A stretch of 64,000 nucleotides of DNA from Acholeplasmataceae bacterium UBA2284. Its GTDB lineage: Bacteria > Bacillota_I > Bacilli_A > Acholeplasmatales > Acholeplasmataceae. Made by a program: the position numbers and the translations under genes. Below, piece after piece: positions 10,501 to 18,479 of the stretch; within the stretch, counting starts at the first letter, position 1; the number at the start of each line of letters is the position of its first letter. Below the pieces are notes generated by a model. That model was given only the letters and a program-made list of their open reading frames with translations. It searched no databases and had not been told where the DNA came from. The stretch is taken from the NCBI GenBank assembly GCA_002345705.1, contig DDWO01000023.1, forward strand, positions 69,009-133,008, given 5' to 3'.

Positions 10501-11938
10501 ACAATATGATGTAACTTTTGAATCCAATGGTGGTAGCGCAGTAGCATCTGTTCAACTCTATGAAAATGAAAAGATAACCGAGCCAACTGATCCAACAAGA
10601 GATGGTTATACATTCGAAGGTTGGTATAAGGAAGCAGAATTTACTACATTATGGAACTTTGATTCTGATATAGTTACAGCTAATACAACACTTCATGCAA
10701 AGTGGGAAGCAATTCCTGCAGTAACATTTACCGTTTCATTTGAAGAAAATGGTGGTTCAGCAGTTGCAGATTTATTATTAGTTGCGGAAGGTTCAACCAT
10801 AGCTGCACCAACTGATCCAACAAGAGATGGTTATACATTCGAAGGTTGGTATAAGGAAGTTGAATTAACAAACCTATGGGTATTTGAAACAGATACAGTT
10901 ACTGCAGATATTACCTTATATGCGAAGTGGGAAGAAAAAGTTCCTGTTTCAATAACAACTGCAGCAGAATTTAAAGCTATGACAGAAAGTATAACAGCTG
11001 AGGATTATATTCTTGCTAATGACATCGACTTTACTGGCTTTGAATGGATTCAATCTGGAAATGGTGTAGCATTTAACGGTACACTAAACGGTAATGGAAA
11101 GATAATTTCTAATATTACCATCACTGGTTCTGGTAGAATGGGGCTTTTCCAAATGGGTAATGGAGCAACTGTTACTGATTTAACTATCAACACAATCTCA
11201 GTTACCAATACAAGTGGTCGTACCGGTATATTGTTTGGTAGAGTAGAAAATAATCTAATCACTCTTAATAACATAGTAATTATCAATGCAAATGCATCAG
11301 GTACTGCTGGTGAAGGAGTCGGATTAGTTATTGGACAATCTGCAGCTCCAGTTACTGCAAGTAATATACAGATTATGAACTCTACTGCTTTAAATAGTGG
11401 TAAGAATGCAGCATTCTTCATTGGTCAAGCACTCAACACGGTAACATTAGAAGACTTTTATGTATACGGTTCAACAGCTAAATCAACAAATGATAATACT
11501 GATGCTGGTGTAAGTGCTGTGATTGGATATACCAATAATGCAGCAGCAGCAATCACAATCAATCGAGTAGTTATCGAAAATTCTGTTCTTGATGGAAGAT
11601 CAGTTGGAGCACTTGTAGGATTCTATAAGTTAGGTAGCCTAACTGCATCCAACACATTTATCAATATTGATGTTGTGTATACAGGAACAAGTTCACAATC
11701 AGGTGGTATTATCGGTAGAAGAGTGGTTGCAGATACCGCTGAAATAGTTCTCAACAATGTATTTGGCTATATGACCAATGTTGTAGTAGGAACAATCGGC
11801 ATTCAACTGGAAGCACAATATTTACTTGATAATTTAGATGGATTAGATCAAGCTTGGTGGACAACCAATCTTCCAAATATTCAATCCAATAGTGCTTGGG
11901 AATTTGATGCAGTATCAAAATTCTATCAATTAGCATAG
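7535..11938 (+). CDS. 1467-aa multidomain surface lipoprotein (InlB B/Listeria-Bacteroides repeats, Ig-like, jelly-roll, two GLUG-like beta-helix modules)
   Basis: Lipobox LVAC; four repeats with GY.F.GWY...YAKW-like motifs; two modules starting IT...F.AM...Y.L.ND.DFTGF.W...F.G.L.GNG and ending QAWWTTNLP. Confidence 0.75.
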   Translation: MRKILSIISVLLFVLVLVACGSKSYTVTFNSNEGTSIQAIEVKEGETFSAPTAPTKEGFVFDGWYKESTLTNSWNFETDTVTANITLYAKWSVAGLTDQQKVDAAHAALTLPDITNLTNSSPRLILPASGANSVTITWAISKLEYIAANGVITQPTFEEGDQAVTLTATISSGTVSRTKVFNATVKALPSLDQTEPLINETFDYSLGNILEQTTPWGPVSGKSGNSVFTVVDTITGMSIPKGSNALKIEAYLELQIEAPVVHAYDLVVFEVDLMQTTSSNGSPVNIQSSSSSPVVAFGLDGAALFYRTDNGSLIKTNININQWYTLRAEVNLANKTLEVFYYEDGQLISMTPGPVTFTGTTALQSLFIRSGSSNTTALRAPAYVTNIVANRIEALPRPVEEIKLGTVEGIRPTVSIEEGATFTPDTPTIHNYFGSQRALVETTEYTLAVDNPVNTAVAGDYVVTYTFTNVSDITDVKVVTQEVTVYAVGQPNEITGATASMVGYLETNSDITVSLVQPQGTLYYLLSSNATETAAAIMLGTSLTVDSVLVTINDLNVGSNTHIHFVVALNGESNVWSHALSFEAVNMITTKEQFYAMASVETTQSYALSNDLDFTGFTWATTNASFKGRLYGNGFTVKNLTMDSTTQYGGIFSRANGAMIRDLVLDNINIVSSARGGALIGRVENVAVLIENVVLINSNVQGADANGVGGLIGHAANQVTLKNVAVIDTTVTAVGVKNVGGVIGRVGGGSSNTLFATDVFVKNVTVNAQVSGTDLGAGAFVGYVTDNAASIVNANRVIVVDSTVNSVMGGALIGYLRHPGTAIVTNAYVEVTFTGTDVTHAGLIARVNEVSSYLDQTTIFGSFTGAVQNAQTQDLANSVVPTNQAWWTTNLPTFVNNDLWSFGTNGVFELVIYTENSKAMVEVTLDYNFDIPNEVIEIRQDNVFSHGAPLVAGYNFVGWYTDAELLTALQSGYVITVPVTIYGKYEALPQYDVTFESNGGSAVASVQLYENEKITEPTDPTRDGYTFEGWYKEAEFTTLWNFDSDIVTANTTLHAKWEAIPAVTFTVSFEENGGSAVADLLLVAEGSTIAAPTDPTRDGYTFEGWYKEVELTNLWVFETDTVTADITLYAKWEEKVPVSITTAAEFKAMTESITAEDYILANDIDFTGFEWIQSGNGVAFNGTLNGNGKIISNITITGSGRMGLFQMGNGATVTDLTINTISVTNTSGRTGILFGRVENNLITLNNIVIINANASGTAGEGVGLVIGQSAAPVTASNIQIMNSTALNSGKNAAFFIGQALNTVTLEDFYVYGSTAKSTNDNTDAGVSAVIGYTNNAAAAITINRVVIENSVLDGRSVGALVGFYKLGSLTASNTFINIDVVYTGTSSQSGGIIGRRVVADTAEIVLNNVFGYMTNVVVGTIGIQLEAQYLLDNLDGLDQAWWTTNLPNIQSNSAWEFDAVSKFYQLA
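10583..10859 (+). repeat. Identical 52-bp direct repeat inside the large lipoprotein gene
   Basis: ccaactgatccaacaagagatggttatacattcgaaggttggtataaggaag at 10583-10634 and 10808-10859, offset 225 nt (in frame). Confidence 0.95.
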
Positions 11939-11955
11939 ATTCAACAGTATAAATC

Positions 11956-11992
11956 AAAAGAGTTGCTTGAATATCATGCAACTCTTTTTTTT
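11956..11992 (+). terminator. Intrinsic terminator of the pectin locus
   Basis: aaaagagttgc...gcaactctttt followed by a T tract. Confidence 0.85.
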
Positions 11993-12037
11993 ATTTCTTT
12001 TTCATGATAAAATATCGACATGGGGAAAAGATAACTT

Positions 12038-12949
12038 ATGAAATTTTTATTATTATATAATCCAGTCAGCGGAAGAACAAACTTTAAAACTCATCTATAT
12101 GAAATTGAAAGTATTTTTTCCAAATCAAATCATAGTCTTCAGATCTATGAATCAAAGAGAGCACATGACCTTGAAAATGTTGCACTTAATGAATCAGCTA
12201 ACTATGATGTTTTTTTAGTTGCGGGTGGGGATGGAACGCTAAACGAAGTGCTTAATGGCATCATGAGAGCTGAGAAGAAGCCTTCCTTAGCTATTTTACC
12301 AAGTGGGACTGCAAATGATACTGCAGCGATTCTAGGCATTAATAAGAGTATTAAAAGATCGCTTAATATATATTTTAATGAAAAACCAGTTATGATGGAT
12401 GTTAATAAAATAAATGATCAATACTTTATATACACTGCATCCTCAGGTTTACTTACAAGAGTTTCCTATGATGTCTCAAGAAGACATATCAAAAAATATG
12501 GCTATATTGCTTATATGATAGCTGCAGTTAAAGATTTATCACATGATTATAGATATCCATTAAGAGTTAAATATGATAACGATAAGGTTGTATCTATTGA
12601 ATGCGCAATGGTATTAGGTTTATCATCTAATAGAGTCGGTGGAATGCGATTAAATAATTTCTCACAGTCAAAATTGAACGATGGACTATTTGAACTCAGA
12701 TTCTTTAAGAGAGTGAAATCTTTCTGGAGATTTAGATTGTTGTCATCATTTATTCGTGGTGGAAAGAAGTTAAGAGAAGATTTGCATTTAGTATCTAAGC
12801 GCTTTGAAATTGAAACAAGCTCTAATGTAGATTGGAATGCCGATGGTGAATTTGCCTGCAAGGGTAGCGTAGTTATAGAAACCTATAAAGAAGCAGTTTC
12901 TGTTTTTGCGAGTCGTAAGGTTAAAAAGAAGTGTTTCCCTCAAAAATAG
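12038..12949 (+). CDS. Diacylglycerol/lipid kinase family (YegS/DgkB-like)
   Basis: NPVSG, GGDGTLNEV, LPSGTAND, DGE motifs. Confidence 0.9.
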   Translation: MKFLLLYNPVSGRTNFKTHLYEIESIFSKSNHSLQIYESKRAHDLENVALNESANYDVFLVAGGDGTLNEVLNGIMRAEKKPSLAILPSGTANDTAAILGINKSIKRSLNIYFNEKPVMMDVNKINDQYFIYTASSGLLTRVSYDVSRRHIKKYGYIAYMIAAVKDLSHDYRYPLRVKYDNDKVVSIECAMVLGLSSNRVGGMRLNNFSQSKLNDGLFELRFFKRVKSFWRFRLLSSFIRGGKKLREDLHLVSKRFEIETSSNVDWNADGEFACKGSVVIETYKEAVSVFASRKVKKKCFPQK

Positions 12950-12965
12950 TTTAAATAGATATAAT

Positions 12966-13006
12966 AAGACGTTAATAGATGAAAAAAATCTATTGATGTT
13001 TTTTTT
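12966..13006 (+). terminator. Intrinsic terminator
   Basis: acgttaatagat...atctattgatgt followed by a T tract. Confidence 0.7.
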
Positions 13007-13250
13007 ACAACAAAGTTATATTGGTTATTGCCACCATGTGTCAAATAATTAATCATTTCCATTTCTTAAGAATTTATTAAATCCTTGACAGAGGAAAAAC
13101 GCAACATGTAAAAAGTGATATAATAAATTGAAAATGCAAACAAAATAAATATGTAAAAATTAAAATCATTTATAAAAATAAAATTGATGTTTTATAATAT
13201 ATAGACTTAGTTAATGATTATGCTAATCCTATCAAATGAAAGGAGAACTC

Positions 13251-14423
13251 ATGTTAAACGATGGAACAATTTTAAGACTCTTTTTATCACAAGTTTTTGC
13301 TATGTATTTTCTCTTAATACTGATTCCAATCAAACAGCCTATAAAAAGAAATATAACCATTATTATATCGAGCGCAACCTTAGTTGTGTTTCTCAATGCT
13401 TGGATTATTCTTGATTTAGGAATTACTTTTTATACTCGTTTTTATTTTCTAACCCTTGTTTTACCATTTATCATTTTATTTTCTTTCTTCGCAGTTCATA
13501 AAGGAGCGAAATTAATATTTTCTCTTTTATCTGTTCAAGTTATAGGTAATGTTGGAATTATCAATGGACTCCTAGCCTCCTATATTTTTTACGGCGAAAA
13601 TACCCCATATATCGATACAATTGCACGCATTTTAACGTATCTTCTTTTTATACCAATTATTCTTAAGTTTATTCGTCCTACCTATTTGAAAATGGTGAAA
13701 ATAATTCATAAGGGTTGGTGGATCTTAAACTCAGCATTGATAGCATCGTATGCACTCTCCTATTTTATACTTTTCGTACCTGACCCTGTTTTCTATCGAC
13801 CTTTATATTTTATACATGCTTATATTGCTATTTTTCTATCCCTTTTAATATACGCAATTATTTTCTTTTTATTTATTGAAATTCAATCAAAAAGCGCTAT
13901 TGAACAAGACAAACAAAAATTGTCAACACAGGTTCAAGTTTTAGCTGCTGAATCAAAGGAAATTATTAGCATTGCTTATAAGGATTCTTTAACAGGGATA
14001 AACAATCGATACTCCCTGTATAGAAAAATGGACGTATTAACTCAGAATAATCAACCCTTCTTAGTTGTATTCATTGATATAGATGATCTTAAATCAATTA
14101 ATGATGCACACGATCATACTAAAGGTGATTGTTATCTCAAAGAGTTTGCTTTAGTAATTGGACACATCATTGGTGATCAAGGAGAAGTCTATCGTTTTGC
14201 AGGAGATGAATTTGTTTGCTTGATTACACAAAACCCTTCTGAGTTTAATATCAATCATTTTAAAGAAGATGTAGTAAATAAATTTCAGATGGATGTCCCA
14301 TTTCGTGGAATGAGCTTGGGAACAGCATTTTATCCCAATGATGGATTAAATCCTGATGAATTGATTAGTTATGCAGATCAAGCCATGTATGCTGAAAAGA
14401 AGATTAAAAATATGAGAAGATAA
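13251..14423 (+). CDS. Membrane-bound GGDEF-domain protein (AGDEF variant)
   Basis: SD AAGGAG at 13240-13245; about 6 TM helices, then DSLTGINNR, DIDDLKSINDAHDH..GD, YRFAGDEF, ADQAMY. Confidence 0.9.
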   Translation: MLNDGTILRLFLSQVFAMYFLLILIPIKQPIKRNITIIISSATLVVFLNAWIILDLGITFYTRFYFLTLVLPFIILFSFFAVHKGAKLIFSLLSVQVIGNVGIINGLLASYIFYGENTPYIDTIARILTYLLFIPIILKFIRPTYLKMVKIIHKGWWILNSALIASYALSYFILFVPDPVFYRPLYFIHAYIAIFLSLLIYAIIFFLFIEIQSKSAIEQDKQKLSTQVQVLAAESKEIISIAYKDSLTGINNRYSLYRKMDVLTQNNQPFLVVFIDIDDLKSINDAHDHTKGDCYLKEFALVIGHIIGDQGEVYRFAGDEFVCLITQNPSEFNINHFKEDVVNKFQMDVPFRGMSLGTAFYPNDGLNPDELISYADQAMYAEKKIKNMRR

Positions 14424-14468
14424 GGATTCGATTCATATTATACGATTCTATAAAATCATTTAGAAACT

Positions 14469-14497
14469 AAAAAACCAGTCTAATTTTAGACTGGTTT
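14469..14497. terminator. Bidirectional terminator between convergent genes
   Basis: aaaccagtctaa-tt-ttagactggttt. Confidence 0.8.
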
Positions 14498-14520
14498 ATG
14501 TTATTTATTGAAATGCTCAT

Positions 14521-15462
14521 TTACTTTAAAACTGTTTTCAACACCCGATCAAAGTTCTGATATGCTACCTTTGCAATATCCTCTTTACTGTAGCCCATCT
14601 TTTCTAGTTCAAGGAATAGATGATCAGCATGAGCTAAGGTTTCAAGTCCCGCAACACCTGTAGATGTTTTACCAGGTGTAAGATAATAAAAGACATCAAG
14701 ACCGATACCGACATGATCAATACCTATTTTTCTAACAATATAATCTATATGCTTTGCTAAGAACTCGACGGTTTGGTCTTCTTTTTCGCTAGAAATGAAA
14801 TAAGGAACTGCACATACACCAATTACACCATTTCTATCCTTAATTTGAATAAGCTGTTCATCTGTATAATTTCTACGGTGATCACATAATGCCTTAGCAT
14901 TACCATGTGTAACAACTATAGGACCTGTTGTATGCTTAAATACATCACTAAATGTTTTTGGACTAGCATGAGAAAGATCAATAATCATACCAAGCTTTTG
15001 AACGAGCTTCAATAGCATTATCCCATCTTCTTTTAAGCCATTTACTAAGCCATCAAGTCCAGTTGCATAAGCATTTTCTTCATTCCAGGTTAAGCCTATA
15101 TGACGAACACCCTTTTGATAAAGTGCAACTATTTCTTCTGGTTGACTTAAGTATTTAATACCCTCTATGCCTAAAATGACACCAAATTTTTCTTCTTGAC
15201 GTGCTTGAAGTAGCTCTTGATAGGAATGACAAATGGTTGCGATGTCGCTAGATTTTTTTAAATCAGCAATAGCAACATCAAAAATAGAATCAAAGTCAGC
15301 CTTTGATTGATTATAAGGGTCTGTCCAGTTCACAAAAATACTATGTGTAATTCCACCCTTTTTGTAGCTTTCATAGTGCTTATTTCTAAAGACATTTTGA
15401 TTTCCTTTTTGTGTTTCTAAATAGATATCGGTGAGAATATCACCATGTGCATCAAATTTCAT
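14521..15462 (-). CDS. Membrane dipeptidase family (peptidase M19)
   Basis: DAHGD, IEG, LTWN, IDLSH, THGN, HRRN, VGIGLD motifs. Confidence 0.9.
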   Translation of the reverse strand: MKFDAHGDILTDIYLETQKGNQNVFRNKHYESYKKGGITHSIFVNWTDPYNQSKADFDSIFDVAIADLKKSSDIATICHSYQELLQARQEEKFGVILGIEGIKYLSQPEEIVALYQKGVRHIGLTWNEENAYATGLDGLVNGLKEDGIMLLKLVQKLGMIIDLSHASPKTFSDVFKHTTGPIVVTHGNAKALCDHRRNYTDEQLIQIKDRNGVIGVCAVPYFISSEKEDQTVEFLAKHIDYIVRKIGIDHVGIGLDVFYYLTPGKTSTGVAGLETLAHADHLFLELEKMGYSKEDIAKVAYQNFDRVLKTVLK

Positions 15463-15629
15463 TGTTATCTCCTTTAGCTTTTTCTTTAGTCCTTATGGAT
15501 AGTATAACGTATTGTCTTCATCATGTCACGTTATAAAGAAGTACAAAGGCATTTTCTAATAACTTTTGGTAACTATTGAGTTATGTCATGAATCTATGAT
15601 ATGATTAAGAAAAACTGCGAGGTATAATC

Positions 15630-16196
15630 ATGGAAATATATATTTATGGTGGCATAGGCTTATTCATCCTATTCATCTTAATTCTAGTGCTTGTTAAGAA
15701 AAAGAGATTGAGTAATGAATCAGAAGTTTATCGTGAAATTGGAGCATCCGATCCTAAAAAAGATTATTATGTGATAACCAATATTTTGTTTCATGATGGA
15801 ATCCGACAGGCTAAGATAGACCATTTAATTGTCAACACATCAGGTATACATTCCGTACTAGAATATCAATATGAAGGAAAAATCAAAGGCAATAAAGAGG
15901 ATGAAAAATGGTCCTTTGAACATAAAGGCGTTTCAGAATCATTTAATAATCCGATAAAAACTGCTCGGGCATTAAAATTATCTATTGATAAGGTTCTAAA
16001 AAAAGATTATCCACTGTTTTTTTACATAGTTTTCCCTAAGCATACTGAGTTTAGAAAGCAGAGAGTAGATATTCCAGTTCTCCATTCAAATCAATTACAA
16101 GATGAACTTAATCAAAACTTTAGATCTAAAAAGAAAATATCCACAGATGATGTAAAATCAATTTATGACTTATTTTTAAAAATTAAAAAAGATTAG
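15630..16196 (+). CDS. NERD-domain protein with N-terminal TM anchor
   Basis: IDHLIV...GI...Y.G.I.G...W...FNNPI pattern. Confidence 0.75.
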   Translation: MEIYIYGGIGLFILFILILVLVKKKRLSNESEVYREIGASDPKKDYYVITNILFHDGIRQAKIDHLIVNTSGIHSVLEYQYEGKIKGNKEDEKWSFEHKGVSESFNNPIKTARALKLSIDKVLKKDYPLFFYIVFPKHTEFRKQRVDIPVLHSNQLQDELNQNFRSKKKISTDDVKSIYDLFLKIKKD

Positions 16197-16218
16197 CAAT
16201 CTATACCCCTTTAAAGAC

Positions 16219-16246
16219 AAAAAGTCGATATTTATCGACTTTTTTT
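16219..16246. terminator. Bidirectional terminator
   Basis: aaaaagtcgata-tt-tatcgactttttt between convergent genes. Confidence 0.85.
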
Positions 16247-16260
16247 GTATACAATTATTA

Positions 16261-18003
16261 TTATGAATCAATTGTTGGTTTTTTTCTATCAATGATTAAA
16301 TAAGTGAATACAAACCCCACGATAAATATAATGTTTACTATTGAATAATCACTTGATGTTTTATAGATTAACGGTTGATATGGATTGAGTATATAAAATG
16401 TATTCGTAACCATTAGATAATCTTTGGAATATGATCTGACATGGATATATATATTTTGACTCGCAAACAGCATTTTTCTTCCACGTGTAAAAACTTCATC
16501 TATTAATGAGCCGTTCTCATCATATACAGCTAGTTTTCCATCAAATAAGTATTGATATTCCTCAGTCTTTAGATAAGAATATCCAGCATATCGACGATCT
16601 ATGATTTTTGTTACTTCAAGCGAATCAGGATTGATGATAATGATATCTTGATAATAACCATTAAATGAAAGTGATGAAATTAAGTGATCGTCTACAAGTT
16701 CAGCCCATGGAATATAATTAGAGTAATAATTGGAGGGTAAAGGAATGACGTTATCCTCAAGAAAAGTCCCAAGACCTTGTAAATCTTGATCGACAAAAAT
16801 AGGTTCTAATATTTTTTCGTTTGAGCGCGCAATTAAAAAACCTTCTATGTTTTTAAGAAAGACATCGCCATCAAAAAGATATAAACTACTTGGCCCCACA
16901 TAAAAATCAATCTCATTGTATTTAAAATATCCATAAATTTCGAATCTAGTATTAATGGTACGAGTTTTTGAATATATAAAATTGGAATCAAGTTCATAAA
17001 TATCATAATAGATGGGGTGGTTATCATCTGGATTAAATTGTGTTTTATGTACGAAAATTATGTCATGACTACTTGGTAACAACCTATGATATGCAGGTAA
17101 TTCAAGTTCTTTAATGACTTCATCATCTTTAATAATGATTAATATATTATTATATTGGATATAGGTATAATCACCATCTATTGCATAATAAACTTCATAG
17201 GAATAATAAGTTCCTTGAGTCTCATGAGAGTCAGAATAAATTGTGGTCATATTCAATTGTGGCTTGACTTGAATTTGATCATAAAAGAATGACTTATATT
17301 CATTATAAAAGCCTGCCATTGTGATAAAAACAATAAGTCCTACCATCATATTAACAACGATTCTTGATATTTTCAGACGATTAGATTGATCGAAAATTGG
17401 CTTAACTTCATAAATAATGAGCCAAAAAACATACGACAACATACAACTAATAACATATATCCATATTGCATCGAATGGAATAAATCTCATGAAGAAGATA
17501 TGGAAAACGATGTAAGTTACAAATGAACCAAACAGCTTTGGATAAAGCTCGAGATCAACTAAATAAATAGTAAGTACAATGGATATGATTAAAAATAAAG
17601 ACGAAATTGTCACAAAAAAAATAATTAGTGATGGTGTGAATACTGCCGAATAGGCATAAAATAGCATAGCAGTTTGTACGATAAAAAATATGGTAAGAAA
17701 GTAGATTAAATCAATAACAAATAGTGATCTAATATCGAACTCTATGTTGTGAGTCTTTTTTAATTGTTGATAATAATGAAAATAAACGACGATAAAACAC
17801 AGGATTGCAATAAACTGAAACAAGATAAGTCCAAAATGAAATGGTATATAAGTAAGAAATATTGTTAATACTAAATATCCAAGTCCAAAGATGAGGAACG
17901 CGAAAAAAATCCCTATGAGATTGAGCAAAATCCAATTCTTAGGCTTTAAATCTTTAAAGATTAAATATGTCTCGATATAACGATCCACGTATTTTTTAAT
18001 CAT
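16261..18003 (-). CDS. Hypothetical membrane protein (about 7 N-terminal TM helices, Tyr-rich beta domain, C-terminal TM)
   Basis: 580-aa ORF with SD-like GGGGG upstream; hydropathy by eye; no family recognised. Confidence 0.65.
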   Translation of the reverse strand: MIKKYVDRYIETYLIFKDLKPKNWILLNLIGIFFAFLIFGLGYLVLTIFLTYIPFHFGLILFQFIAILCFIVVYFHYYQQLKKTHNIEFDIRSLFVIDLIYFLTIFFIVQTAMLFYAYSAVFTPSLIIFFVTISSLFLIISIVLTIYLVDLELYPKLFGSFVTYIVFHIFFMRFIPFDAIWIYVISCMLSYVFWLIIYEVKPIFDQSNRLKISRIVVNMMVGLIVFITMAGFYNEYKSFFYDQIQVKPQLNMTTIYSDSHETQGTYYSYEVYYAIDGDYTYIQYNNILIIIKDDEVIKELELPAYHRLLPSSHDIIFVHKTQFNPDDNHPIYYDIYELDSNFIYSKTRTINTRFEIYGYFKYNEIDFYVGPSSLYLFDGDVFLKNIEGFLIARSNEKILEPIFVDQDLQGLGTFLEDNVIPLPSNYYSNYIPWAELVDDHLISSLSFNGYYQDIIIINPDSLEVTKIIDRRYAGYSYLKTEEYQYLFDGKLAVYDENGSLIDEVFTRGRKMLFASQNIYIHVRSYSKDYLMVTNTFYILNPYQPLIYKTSSDYSIVNIIFIVGFVFTYLIIDRKKPTIDS

Positions 18004-18259
18004 ATTGTACCCCCCAATAGATTATATATATACCAATTATATCACATCACTTAATGTTGTTAAATACTGGTGCTAATTTTTTGAATACAGCTAACATATT
18101 TAAAAAAAATAAGATGTTTTTTTACTATTCTAAACTATAAAAATATCGTTCAAACATCATAAAAATATAATTCTATACAAAGTATTTGAAAATTAAGAAA
18201 TGAGAACTGAACAATTTGGTCAAACTGCAAAATAATAATCAAATTAATAAACTTTTGGG

Positions 18260-18287
18260 TTGAAATAAAGCGCTTTCATAGTATAAT
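18260..18287 (+). promoter_or_regulatory. sigma-A promoter of gdhA with a cre/LacI-like palindrome in the spacer
   Basis: TTGAAA (18260)-16 nt-TATAAT (18282); palindrome aaagcgcttt at 18267-18276 within ataaagcgctttca. Confidence 0.65.
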
Positions 18288-18479
18288 AGTATATGGTGAA
18301 GAACGATTATGATATCCCTATTATCATCGACATGTTAACTTTCTCGAAAAACTCTGATTCAATCAATAAAGCGAGAGAAAATAACTAAATTAAGGCGGTT
18401 AAATGTATCATACCGTTGTTTTTATCCTGTGCACAAGCGAGAATGCTCGCATTTAAATAAGAAAGAGAGGAAATACAAA

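Noticed and set aside
9424..11421. Antisense ORFs inside the giant lipoprotein gene (9424-9624, 9685-10011, 11050-11421) and similar ones inside togB, pur, ars, gntP and pho genes
   Set aside because: Shadow frames of well-supported genes; no recognisable motifs; explained by sense-strand codon bias.
12950..13250. Possible c-di-GMP riboswitch upstream of the first GGDEF gene
   Set aside because: No GEMM-type GNRA loop/receptor or conserved core; the region is a terminator plus AT-rich promoter sequence.
13214..13414. 66-aa ORF overlapping the GGDEF gene start
   Set aside because: Out-of-frame overlap with a gene that has a strong SD; no independent support.
18429..18479. N-terminal extension of GdhA in the ORF track; similar extensions for togB, purK, hsp20, phoU and the ABC exporter genes
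   Set aside because: Downstream starts have proper SD spacing and match family N-termini.
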